This document shows, piece after piece, positions 41,553 to 53,433 of a stretch of 64,000 bases of DNA. Within the stretch, counting starts at the first letter, position 1; the number at the start of each line of letters is the position of its first letter. Origin of the DNA: Paraspadella gotoi. Its lineage: Eukaryota > Animalia > Chaetognatha. The stretch spans positions 2,042,481 through 2,106,480 of the forward strand of contig CM119264.1 in NCBI GenBank assembly GCA_051294375.1, read 5' to 3'. Position numbers and translations under genes: made by a program. The notes beneath the pieces were generated by a model, which was not told where the DNA came from, searched no databases, and saw nothing but the letters and a program-made list of their open reading frames with translations.

Positions 41553-41833
41553 GTGAAAAATAAAAGGGGTTAAATTTAATTAGTACTAGAAAGAAATAAT
41601 AATAATTATTGATTAAAAACTAAGACGCTTGTAGTACTACCGACGGGGACAGCGGAAGGTCTCTGCTTTCATAAATCAAATTCGTTGTCCGCATTTTTAG
41701 CCAAAGTTTTCGATCAAAATAAATTCGATTAAGAAGAATTAAGGTTATGTCTCTCTCTCTCTCTCTCTCTCTCTCGGATCATTGTTGACCCGGGCGGAGG
41801 AGCAGGTGAAGGGAATGGATGAATGAATGGAGT

Positions 41834-41875
<42 letters not shown>

Positions 41876-43182
41876 TATAGACGAATTTTTATTGTTTTTC
41901 GTTTTATGATTTATAAAAAAGTTTCGATCTAAATGAAAAAGAAAAAACCTCTGTCGTTGTATTTTTTTTCTCTATATTTTTGAATGAGGTTAATTGAGAA
42001 GGATCTGAAAAGGGACATTAAATAAAAATGGTTTATATTAGCAACGAATTGCACAAAACGGCAACTTGTAACTTGGACTTGAATTGAGAAAAGGTTATTA
42101 ACAGAAAATACATTGTATTCAATGTCGTTGTTGTTAACCATTTAAAATATACTATTTCGTTTCTAAACCAGAAACACAAAAAATAATGCAAAATACAGAA
42201 AAAATTACTTAGCAATATCGAATAAAATCAAGATTTGATTCACTGAAAATCTTAGTTTCCACTCGAAAAGTTGATATAAATCACCCAATATACCCTTTTT
42301 CTTTCAATCGTATTCAAATTATTTAATCGCATTGACAAATTCTTTCTTCCGAAAGACGCCACAATTAGTAAAAGATTAAAAATCCTATTAAATTAATCCA
42401 TTATCGTAATCCTTTCGTTAATAAGATCTCAGAAGATTATCCAAGATCAACTTCACATCGGTATAATTTCTACAACGTTTTCTCTTTAAATTATAGATTC
42501 GATGTTTTCATAAAATAAATATATCCGCTTGGACCCAGTTTTCTTATTATTAATTCTTAATGTATATCCTTTTTTTCGTTTTACTTTACTCCTTTTTATC
42601 TTAATACATCCTGTCTTTCTCTCAATCTTTCTAGCAACAAAGTTGATTCATTAGAAACATCTTCAATAAAAAATAACAAAAAAACAATTCTAGCATTGTT
42701 CTCATTTATAATAATAACCTAACAAAGGTATTTTTTCAAGCATTTGAATTTAGAAATCAAATGTTACGATAATTAAGTTTAAACAGGTTAAACAGGTTTT
42801 AATCATTGTATTCCCAAAAAATATCTCTTTCTCACTCACCTCTTACCCACTCTCTTCCGCTTCCCCCCCCCCACACACTCGCCCACAATTAAGACCACAT
42901 CCATCCCCACAACTAACCACTCCCCACTCCAACCCGCTCCCACCCCCGAATTCCTCTCTCNNNNNNNNNNNNNNNNNNNNNNNNNNNNNNNNNNNNNNNN
43001 NNNNNNNNNNNNNNNNNNNNNNNNNNNNNNNNNNNNNNNNNNNNNNNNNNNNNNNNNNNNNNNNNNNNNNNNNNNNNNNNNNNNNNNNNNNNNNNNNNNN
43101 NNNNNNNNNNNNNNNNNNNNNNNNNNNNNNNNNNNNNNNNNNNNNNNNNNNNNNNNNNNNNNNNNNNNNNNNTGTCCCTCAG

Positions 43183-43418
43183 GACAATTGGAAGAGAACG
43201 CGCCTCCTTCATTCATCCTCAAACTGAAGGCGAGCGACAGAGACGAAGGCGTCAACGCTGAGGTCGAGTTCGAGTTGGAATCGGTCGTGGATGCGAAGGG
43301 CGACGCCGTCGAGGCCGCCTTCAAGCTCAACGCGCAGACGGGGAACTTGGAGAGTCTCAAGACTTTCGATAGAGAAGAGTCCGCCTTTTACAACGTCAGC
43401 GTCAAAGCGAAGGATAAA
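43183..43418 (+). CDS. Cadherin exon 4 (EC2: LEENAPP...ASDRDEGVNA...FDREES...AKDK)
   Basis: xEN, AxDxD, DRE and AxD cadherin motifs; phase-1 join with exon 3; AG/GT boundaries. Confidence 0.93.
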
Positions 43419-43451
43419 GTGAGAGATTCTCTTGAGGGCGGACGGGTTTTA

Positions 43452-43540
43452 CAATGTCAATGTTTGACAATGTCAATGTTTGACAATGTCAATATTTGAC
43501 AATGTCAATGTTTAACAATGTCAATGTTTGACAATGTCAA
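43452..43540. repeat. 16-bp intronic tandem repeat (TGACAATGTCAATGTT), 5-6 units
   Basis: Seen directly. Confidence 0.85.
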
Positions 43541-43822
43541 TCTGCAATACGTGTTCCGAAGTACGAAGGATTACAATTTGCACTGTCATCAACAAAAATC
43601 TATTAGAAAACGGCATTATAAAATCAATTTATTAAATTGTACTATTTACATCTAACATTCTTCCACATGCACTCGATGCAATAAATCCAATCAATACAAA
43701 CAATTTAGTAAATTATATACGTATTAGGATGTCGATAATACAATATAAAATCCTCCCTTGCACAATAAAAATCAATCAATCAATCAGTCAGTCAACGTCC
43801 TTTTCTCCAACCCCTCCTCCAG

Positions 43823-44092
43823 GGCACACCTCCCCTCGAAACCTCGGCCGTTGTCCGCGTCAACATCGCCGACCTCAACGACAACCCGCCCACCTGCGCC
43901 TCCGACGGCGTCCACTGCGAGATTCCCGAGCACACCTCGCTCAAGTCGCCCCTCAGCGCCGTCGACCCCAAGTGCCGCTTCAACTGCGAAGATCCGGACG
44001 ACGAGTTTGGGAAGATGATCTTCGAACCGGAGGCGGCGTCTGAGGACTGCTTCATCAGGGTGGATGGGAAGGGAGAGATATGGCTGACTAAG
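43823..44092 (+). CDS. Cadherin exon 5 (GTPPLET...DLNDNPP; Cys-rich EC3 start)
   Basis: 270-nt open frame, phase 0/0; G.PPL and DxNDNPP motifs; AAG|GTGAGG donor. Confidence 0.93.
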
Positions 44093-44454
44093 GTGAGGGA
44101 CGGATGGATGGATGGATGGATGGATGGATGGATGGATGTATGAATAGTATGAAATGTTGTCATAAGGCCTGTTATCTATAAAAATTCATGAATCGAGAAA
44201 AAAAAATTAATTGACTGATGAAGCCAACAATTAATTAATCTAATAATCGTTTGGATGATTGATCGAATGATTGAATGATTAAACGACTTAACAAATTGCG
44301 TATTGTTCAGTAAATTGATTGAATAATTCATTCATTAACTGATTAAGCTAGTGGTTGTGTCATCCAACCATTCATCTATTGATTGATTAATCGCTTGCTT
44401 CATTGCTTGTTTCTCCTTCCTCCATCCCAATCAAACCCCCCCCTCCAAATTCAG

Positions 44455-44725
44455 GAAATGGACGCGGAACGTCTTGACGATGTGGCCTTCGTCTGCAAAG
44501 TCCGCGTCGTCGACGCCGCCACGCCATCTTTCGCCGTCGACGCCGCCGCCCACTTCACCGTCGTCGACGTCAACGACAACGCCCCCGCGCCGCAGCGCCC
44601 CTACCGGCTCGTGGTGCCGTTCGAGAACAACACTGAAGACTTTGTTCATCCGGAAGTGATTCGCTTTGAAGACGCGGACAAGAAATCAGTGGCTGGGGAA
44701 GGCTTTAAGATCGAACTGGATCCGG
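44455..44725 (+). CDS. Cadherin exon 6 (EC3 end DVNDNAP; EC4 start, FEDAD)
   Basis: ttcag acceptor; MDAE and DVNDNAP motifs; G|GTAAG donor. Confidence 0.93.
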
Positions 44726-44729
44726 GTAA

Positions 44730-44832
44730 GATGGATGGATTGGATGGATGGATGGATGGATGGATGGATTGGATGGATGGATGGATGGATGGATGGATGG
44801 ATGGATGGATGGATGGATGGATGGATGGATGG
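44730..44832. repeat. (GGAT)n intronic microsatellite (also 44100-44140)
   Basis: Seen directly downstream of the splice donors. Confidence 0.95.
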
Positions 44833-45260
44833 ATAAAGGTGATAAGGTGTTGACAAAGGTAAGGACAAAAGAGACGACTACCAATATTTAATAATTCAAG
44901 AATTATTTGAAGAAAGATTGTTTCTCGAGTTTGGATGCTGAGGAGAATTCCTCGAGATCCCTCGGCATTCTCGGCCGTCGACCCCTTGGTCTCTCAGTCG
45001 CTCATTGGTCGGTTTGAGGCTAAAGCAAGGTCTGTGATTTGTGAAGGAGACGAGCAATCACATCACAAGTCCGTCGATAGGTCCTGTCCGTTGATGCTAT
45101 CATTTTTATTTGAAAACTTATTTCCATTTTTCAATCTCCATTTTCCACTTTCTCTCCCCGTCACATTCTCTCTCTTTTACTCACTCGCTCGACCGCCAAC
45201 CCCTCTACCCCTACCTCTGCCCCCTCCACCCTCTCCACCCCAACCCCCTCGTCAAACCAG

Positions 45261-45612
45261 CATCCCCTCTCCGCGACAACGTCTCCGTGGAGATCGAACC
45301 AGACAAACGCTCCGTCAAACTTCGTCTCAAGACTCCGATGGATCTCGGCTCCTTCGCGGTGCCGCTCAAGGCCTGCGACGCCGACCCCGCAGCGCCGCAA
45401 TGCCGCGTCCACGTCGTCTCCCTGGCGGTGGTCGGTCCGCCGGGCGCCGACGCCGTCGTCGGGGGCTTCGGTCCCGTCTACGTCGTCGTAATCGTCGTCG
45501 TCGTCGTCGTCCTCTTGCTGCTCATCCTCGTCGCAGTGTGTTTGACGCAGATTCGGGAGAGGAGGAGAAGGAAGAGGTTGCCGGATAACGAGGAAGTGTC
45601 GGAGATAACGAG
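45261..45612 (+). CDS. Cadherin exon 7 (EC4 end, transmembrane helix, basic stop-transfer RERRRRKR)
   Basis: Phase-1 join; VYVVVIVVVVVVLLLLILVAVCL hydrophobic stretch; AG|GTGAGA donor. Confidence 0.92.
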
Positions 45613-46864
45613 GTGAGAGAGAGAGGGAGAGAGAGAGAGAGAGATATATATATATATATATAAAGATAAAACTCATCAGATTCGAACTCTCGACCTTCGC
45701 AGTTGAATCTTTTTCTTTCTTTGCTTCGCTTTTTTTTTTCGCTTTCACTTTCCTCTTCTTTTTTTCTCCTTTGCCCGAACACTCTTTAACCGCCAACTCC
45801 TCTGCCCGACACTCCCCCTTCCTGATAATCTAAGGCGTCGGTCATTCCGATTCCATCCTTATTACGATGAATCCATGGCACCTTGTTTGGTTTCATCGTC
45901 AACTCAAACGGATTTCGGTCTAATGTTGGCGGAGGAAGAGGAAGAGGAGAAAGTGGGCGTGGCCGATCGAAAACGAGACGAACACGTAGACAAATTCCGA
46001 TTTATTTTTACATTTTACATTTAACTAATTTACCTTATCACCTCGAAAAAAATAATGATTAATTTATCAATCGATTGTCTAACGGTCCTCACTCCTTAGG
46101 GTCAGAGATATATATTTTCGCAATCCGCATGCGCACGAGAAAAAACCTTACCACAAACAAAGTTCCGCAGCGACGCAGCGTGTGTGACTCTACCTCAAAC
46201 CTCACGTGAAGCACTTACCTTATTTCCCTATACGACATTTTGGTCCAGTTAATCGGATTCTTTACCTTATTTGGTCATCTCATTAAATCATAACCGCCAT
46301 CCATGTTGCATGTTCACATTTACAGCGAAGGAGTGTTGATTCGGGTGTGTCCAACGCAGATTCATTTTTAGTTTTTTTAAGTTATTTACCCCTATTAATC
46401 AAAATTGTTCAATTTCTTTACAACTTTAATCCCTCTGCATTAAAAGTTATGACATTTGATTCGATTTTATTTTCTTTTTCTCTTTTAAAAATTTTGTCTT
46501 TAATCTTGTAACTCAACACTGACAACAATTTCTCACTTTTATCTTTTTCAAACTCATTTTTCTTTTTACTCTTTGTTTTGTTTTTTTTTTTTTTTTTTTT
46601 TTCACCTCCTCGTATTTTTAACTCTTCTTCCTTATCCTTCCCTTTCCTTTCCTTTCCTTTCCTTCCTTTCCTTCCTTCCTTTCCTTTCCTTTCCTTTTCC
46701 TTCCTTTCCTTTCCTTTCCTTCCCTTTCTTTACATTATCTAATCTTCCTCCCTTCTTCATTATTTTAACTCTTTCCTCCCTTTCCTTCGTTCCTCCCTTT
46801 CCTTTCCTCCCTTTCTTCATTATTTTAACTCTTTCCTCCCTTTCCTTCCTCCCCTCCTTTCCAG

Positions 46865-47005
46865 ATACTTCGACGAGGAAGGTCCGGGCGACGAGGACAC
46901 CGAAGCCTTCGACATAAAGATGTTGCGAAAGCCGACGACGCCGTCGCTGGAGGCGATGAAGCCGACCATCCTGGACATTCCACTCGATAGCTACATCGAA
47001 GACAG
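46865..47005 (+). CDS. Cadherin exon 8 (juxtamembrane p120-binding-like YFDEEGPGDED)
   Basis: Phase 2/2; matches the YDEEGGGEED consensus of classical cadherins; AG/GT boundaries. Confidence 0.92.
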
Positions 47006-47490
47006 GTGAGAGTCAAAGGTGTTTCTGTCAAGAATCAAACTTTAGTGAAAATTTATCAGCGGACTTTTTACTTTGTGGAGGATTCGTGGTGAATGTTGAG
47101 TTAGGATGGGAAAAGAAATGAGTAAAGAGGAAAAGAAAAGAAAAGAAAAGAAAAGAAAAGAAAAGAAAAGAAAAGAAAAGAAAAGAAAAGAAAAGAAAAG
47201 AAAAGAAAAGAAAGAAAAGCAAAAGAAGTGAATAGGAAAGTAAAAGACTTGAAAGAAATAAAAGTTACGTCTTTTTTTAATTTTTAATATTTGATTATTT
47301 AAATTTATTAAATAAAAACAAACAATTAGGTATCGCTGGCTAAAATCAAATACTGAACTAGATACTTGAAAAATCACTCGTCCAATTGTCTTTCCTACCA
47401 GTTTTCTGCCTCACAATGACTTAAATTAAATAATCTAAACAATTTGATCAAATCAAATCAAATCCTCCTCCTCCTCCTCCTCCAATTCAG

Positions 47491-47746
47491 ACTCCGCGAG
47501 ACGAATCAAGACGCCCTCGCGGGTCCGCCCGACACTTCCATCCCCTTCATCTACGAAGGCGTCGGTTCCGTCGCCGGGAGCCTCTCGACGATCCACTCCA
47601 GCTCCTCCGGGGATTTCGACTTCGACGAACTCCGCAATTGGGGCCCCTGGTTCACCAAACTGGCGGGAATGTACAGCGGAGGCGACGACGAAGAGGATGT
47701 CGGCGGAGAGGATAGATATCAGAGGAGACAGTCGGCGAGGGTGTGA
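47491..47746 (+). CDS. Cadherin exon 9 (beta-catenin-binding domain; stop codon)
   Basis: PPDTSIPFIYEGVGSVAGSLSTIHSSSS...LRNWGPWFTKLAGMY matches the Cadherin_C consensus (YEGxGS.AxSLSS...L..WGP.F..LA.MY). Confidence 0.95.
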
Positions 47747-48640
47747 GAGAGAGGGGAGAGGGGGGGAGGTGGAGAGATGAGAGGATAGAATGAATAGAGG
47801 AGAGAATAGGAGCTATAGGGTGGAGCAGAGAAAGCAGTAGAGGAGCAATCTGCGATCTGGTTGTCGGAATTGAGATTCTGATGGATTCATGATGGGAGAA
47901 GTGATAAAGAGGAGAGAGATGGAGTAGGAGTGAGATCGGACGGCAGGCTGTCCGGCGTGATAATGAAAACAAACAATAATAAACAAATGAAGAAGGTGAA
48001 CTCAGTCAAACTCACGTTTTATTCCTCGTCCTTTTCGCCCTTCATTACAAACATCCAGCCCCATATTTTTACAAAACTCCTCTTCCCATCAAGATATAGC
48101 ATTTTCCCTCATGACCGTCTTCCCATTTCTCTTCCATATTCTCCGATTTGATACATTCCCATTTCCCACTCCAATCCCAATTCCCTATTTGCCCAAGACC
48201 CAATCTCCCTTTATGCCCTTTTTGCCCAATGCCTACTTTCTACAAAAAAAATCGTCAACATTAACAAAATGCAATTTTGGGTTGTTTTTCGTTTTTTAAG
48301 CTTTATATTTTTTTTCTTCCGTTCCGATCACATGGATATCATTGTACTCTTTTTGTTTTTAAAATTGTTTCTGTAGAATCGTTTAGACTTTAATTGTTTT
48401 TCTGGCTTATTTAATTTTATATAATGGCGTCATGTACAAAAAGAATCATTATGTTTTAGCTAATCTTCATTGATTGAAGATTGTGATAATTTCGAATATC
48501 TATTTGTAAATATTTTATATTTGTAACGTTTTTTTACGCGAAATACAGTCACTCAAATGAGAGCGTCTTTTTTTCTAGCCTTCTCTCTCTCTCTCTCTCT
48601 CTTACCCTTCCCTCTCTCTCTCTCTCTCTCTCTCTCTAAT

Positions 48641-48724
<84 letters not shown>

Positions 48725-48889
48725 CCGTCATGCCCGGAAAAAAAAAGAATATGAGGTCCACTGAATATTTTATGAAGCGCGAGACAAAGAAAAGCTAATA
48801 TTCCCGCAAACCCCCATCCCCCCAACCGCCCAATCCCCCAAACCCAACAACCATTCGTTATCTCTTCTTCCCCCTCTTCCTGAGAACCC

Positions 48890-49360
48890 TTATAAAACCC
48901 TTCTAAACCCCAGCCCCCTTCACAGTCTCCCTTTATTTACACCCCGTCTCCCCAATTCATTTCACACTCGGCCACGCCCACCATCCCTCCGCCAATCACA
49001 ATCCACTTCCGGTCGCCTCGAATCTCGCGACCCAGAATCCGAGACAAGGATCCAATAATTCCACACCGCGGCGCCGTTCCTCCAAGGCCACCGAGGGACG
49101 CTGCAGACGGCGCTCTTAGGATGTCGCCGGTCGGAAATGGCGCCTTCGCGTCGCCGGTGGCGCCGCGCCCCGGTGGGCGTTACGGCGGCGCACGCACGAA
49201 AGAGTACAAGTATAATAGGGCGGACACACGATGCGGACCGGCTCGACGTCTTGTGGTGCGAACACTCGCCGGGCGGCGATAGCCGGCCGGGAGTGGTCCA
49301 CGTGCGCTTAGACTTCCGGCCGGCGTTGCGCACGCACGACGAGACTTCCGGCTCGTGCAC
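48890..49360. promoter_or_regulatory. CpG-rich, promoter-like motif cluster
   Basis: GGCCACGCCC (48970), CCAATCA (48992), ACTTCCGG x3 (49005, 49312, 49344), TCTCGCGA (49023), AAATGGCG (49135), CACGTG (49299), TGCGCACGCA (49327). Confidence 0.45.
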
Positions 49361-49440
49361 GAGACACTCAAACGAGATGCAGATGAAATGCGAATGCGAA
49401 TGATAACGCTCAAGGGCACGACGAAGACGACGACGATGAG

Positions 49441-49478
<38 letters not shown>

Positions 49479-51162
49479 TCTTGAGTAAATTGAAGAATAT
49501 TAAGAAGGTCGAACCAAAAAATAAAGGGAGAAAATAAACAAAAGAAAAGAGAAGAGAAAAGAAAGAACGAGATCGTGAGATTTGTATTTTTGCAATAATA
49601 GTCGAGTAGCTCCGGTTCACCCCGCCAATAGACCTTCGCTGTCCGGTCCTGACCCAGTAGCCCATTTTGTTAAGCTATCACTGATGGCTATCATGAGATG
49701 ATATTTTCAGCTCATGAACCTCGGAAAAAGTGTTCAATCAAAAATGTCGTGGTAAACTCCCAAGCCAAGGACCTATTTTCCTTTTGTAACATGAAAAAAT
49801 GTATTCTTAATGTAATTACTTGTTTCAGCAGCTGGGTGTGTTGTATATCAAGAATATTTGAACTATTGGTACGTAATTGCACACATAAACATCCGACAAA
49901 TTGGATTTGTTATTCTTTTCCTTCGATTATTTTTGGACAAATTATATCGAATATGTCATATTAAATTAGTCATATTATGTAAATAAACTTCCACTTAAGT
50001 TTGATAGAAAACCGAAGCTCGAAAGAATCCAAAATAAATTGTCTAATTAATATTCAAAGTAATATATCCGGTTTCATTGTGATAACATTTTTAGTAAATT
50101 AACCTTTTGTTTATCTCATATCTTAATGTTTCAATCCATTTCGCCCTCTCTCGTTTCCTCTCTACAACTCCTCCTCCTCCTCCTCCTCCTTCGACATTCG
50201 AGTCGGACATCGACAGTGCAACAGCTGATCCGCTTTGTTGTTCCTCAGCCCTTCATCCTCTCCGTCTCCTTGACGGCGAATGCCACATCCCATGCCATTC
50301 GATGCCATTCGATGCCATCGAGTCTTGTCGATGGCGGAAGCAGGAAATCCGCTGCCAATCGTCGTCAATGGAATGACCACCGTCGTTTTGAGTCCCGAGC
50401 GAACAAAGAAACCCCGTCCGGTTTACATTCCTCTTAATCATTTACTAAGATCGCCCCTATTTTTTTTTTATATATTCCTTGACTGCTAAATTTTTTGACC
50501 TCAAAACAAAACAAAAACCTTAACATTATATATTATTTTTGCTCATTATTTTTAAACTGAAGAAAATCATTAAATTTATCAATTATTTATACTGTCATTT
50601 TGTGAAGATTCATGTTAAAAATTCTAAAATCATGATTCATAAAGGTAATTGTTAGTTGCGTCTTTGTATACAATTACAAATTACAAATACAATTACGCAC
50701 TTTTATACTTTTATAAACCGCTTCACGGTTTCTAAAGTTATGAACTCAAGCATGTTTCCTCTTCTTTTTGTTTTTTCATATTATTGTACTTTAATGTTAA
50801 TATTCGTAGTTAACAATTCTACCTCCTTGAGTGTGTATCTGTAATCTGTAACATCTGTAACATTGTACTTCTTCGTCAGTGCGAATGTAGTTACGGAATT
50901 GATGTTTTGATGTTCGAAGAGCAAAAAATATAATCTATAACTTATAGTATACGTAGTTGGTTTTCTGATGTAAATGAGAATCTTGCTCTAAATTTTTAGT
51001 ATGTTTATAAGAAGATGCTGAACTGAATTTAACTGTGAATAAAGAAAAAATAGTCTCAGGATAATAATGAAGGATGAAATGAGGAAGACCTGACGTCAGC
51101 TGAAGAAGAAGAAGAAGAAGAAGAAGAAGACGCCGACTTAAGAGTGTTTGTGAGGTAGCACC

Positions 51163-51200
51163 ATGGATTACGTCAGGGACACCATGGACTGGCTCATGGG
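51163..51200 (+). CDS. Putative first coding mini-exon (MDYVRDTMDWLMG) of an unidentified gene
   Basis: Two in-frame CACCATGG Kozak contexts followed by a consensus G|GTAAGT donor. Confidence 0.45.
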
Positions 51201-53433
51201 GTAAGTTTCACTATTGAATAGAGTTAGCGAAGATTTATTAATCATTGAATATTGAAAATTTAATTACTGGTTTCTTTAGCCAATGAATACCATTGACTAT
51301 TGATAAATCATTCTAGTAGAAGGTCGAAAAATATATTTTAAAAGTTGACATTTTCGTATTTGTGGTTAGGGATTTGTTTATCTGGGTTCTTTGTTGAAAA
51401 AAGATCACTATTGAATCATTGCATGAATCATCTGATAATCGAGTCTTCGAATTAAAAACAATCTCAGAGTTAAAACGTCAGTGACATTTTGTAAATATTA
51501 ATTTACTATATTTTCTTTTATCAACGAGGATTTTTTAAAAATTTTTTTTTCAATGACTCCCTAGAATATTAAAAATGACTAAAAATGGTTGAAAGAGGGT
51601 AGCGAAGAAAGGAGTTAATAATAGAATGAATCTAATCTGTCTAAACGTCTAAATTTACTTCACATACGATAAATATTATTAATGTTTTACACGAAAGATT
51701 CTTGTTATCTCGTTACTGATAAAGTATTAATCATTTAAACCAATCTTAAAACGGCAGGTATTTCCTTTAAAATTCGAATTCACAACTGATATATGAGTCA
51801 TTGAGTAAACTATTTATGGGAAGTTTGCGTTATTTGGGAGGTTTCTCCATGGTCATAGCCATGCAGTCTTGCACTATTAGTATTAAAATATTTTTTTTAC
51901 AATTGGAATCTGGTATATCAAGTTTTACCTTTACTCACAATTTTGGATTTTCCAATGTTTACTGACAAACCGGTATTTTATAAAATTTAACTGTTTTTTT
52001 AATACCCGTGTTAAAATAGAGTGTCCTGTCTCTCAATTTCGCATTATCGTTACTCGAACAAGATCGGCGACCTTCCCCACTGAGCGGCGTGGTGAATTCG
52101 ATCGGCCAGCGGGAGACGATTTCTGTCCTCACGATCGAAAGTCGATGGCGAAACTTAAAATCAAATCTTTTTGCACTTGAAATAAAAAACTTGAAGAGAC
52201 TGCAAGACTCGTTCTCTTCGCCAAGCTGACTTGTCTTTCGACTCATTAGCAAAGTAGTCAAATTATAGTGATTATATCGATTAATCGACCCAATTTTGAC
52301 ATTGGAAAAAAACCTCCCATACTATTTCTTTTCATAACAAAAACGATGTTGATTTCTCGTTCGAAAAACGAGTTTGTTCTCGAGTTTGCGAGACAAATTT
52401 GGGTTTACGACACGAGACTGGTTTCGCGAGATTGACGGAGCTCCGTCGCTTCCACGCCGCGAATAAATGATTCATTATCTTTTTTGCCTGGCAAGACGAC
52501 AAATCCAATAACAAGTCCACCCTCGAAAAAAAATGTCCAAATTGTTGCCTTTTTTTCGCCGAAAATCTAATGGGAATATCAGTGGAATGTCTTCATTTTG
52601 GTAGGTTTATTTGTCTTGAAAAAAAAATCCGTACAAAAAAAATAAGTCTCTTTAATTCATTTACATTCTACACTCTACAGTTTTGGTTACATTTAATAAT
52701 ACGATTCTTAATCTTAAAATTTCAAATCTTGCTTATAAAAATAATTCAAGAGAAATGTTATGAAAAATTAAACTGAGATTCCAAGGCATTCCTCCGACCA
52801 CCGGCTTTGTCTTTACCGGTTTTTTTTTCCTAATCCCCTAAAGATTATCATACATTTGCAAAATCTCTCGCTTTGCTCTAAATACCACGCGGGATTTAAA
52901 CATTCTGGCCAAAATTAATATTTGATTTTTAAAATGTTTTCGGAACAAATTCTGATTCGTAACTACAGTTAATTTTCCTTAATAATATCGATACGACGTT
53001 CATATTTATTCCTGCCATAAGTGTTATTCTCTTATTTATTTTTTTTTCATCGAAATTTGAAAGTTTAATACATTGGGATTGCGTGCAAAGACGCCAAGCA
53101 AGCGAAAATGATCCTTCCCTTTGGCTTCTGCCCACTTTACCGCTTCAGGCAAAAAAATTTTCGAAGAGAGGAATTCGAATAAAAAAAATTTTTTTCGTAA
53201 TCATCCAGTTTTTTTTTTGTTTTTTTTTTTGGTTCACCTTGTAAACTCGTCCTCAGTTTTTTACTCATCACTTAAAAAACTAAAAATGCCCGCGCGATTT
53301 TTTTTCTTTTTTTTAACTTAAGAGTTTTGTTTGTACTTATAAATTCTTAACATACGCTTATCCCTTTCGTTTTCTACCTCTCTTGTAACCTTATCTACCT
53401 TTTCGCCTTTTTTCTTAACCGCGCCCTCGGCTC

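Noticed and set aside
48962-49665. ORFs in the GC-rich island
   Set aside because: Several overlapping frames, no recognisable domain and no clear splice boundaries.
51151-51158. TGAGGTAG, identical to the let-7 5' end
   Set aside because: Only 8 nt match; the rest of let-7 and a hairpin are absent.
51959-52261. 100-aa minus-strand ORF and overlapping plus-strand frames
   Set aside because: No motif or convincing splice signals.
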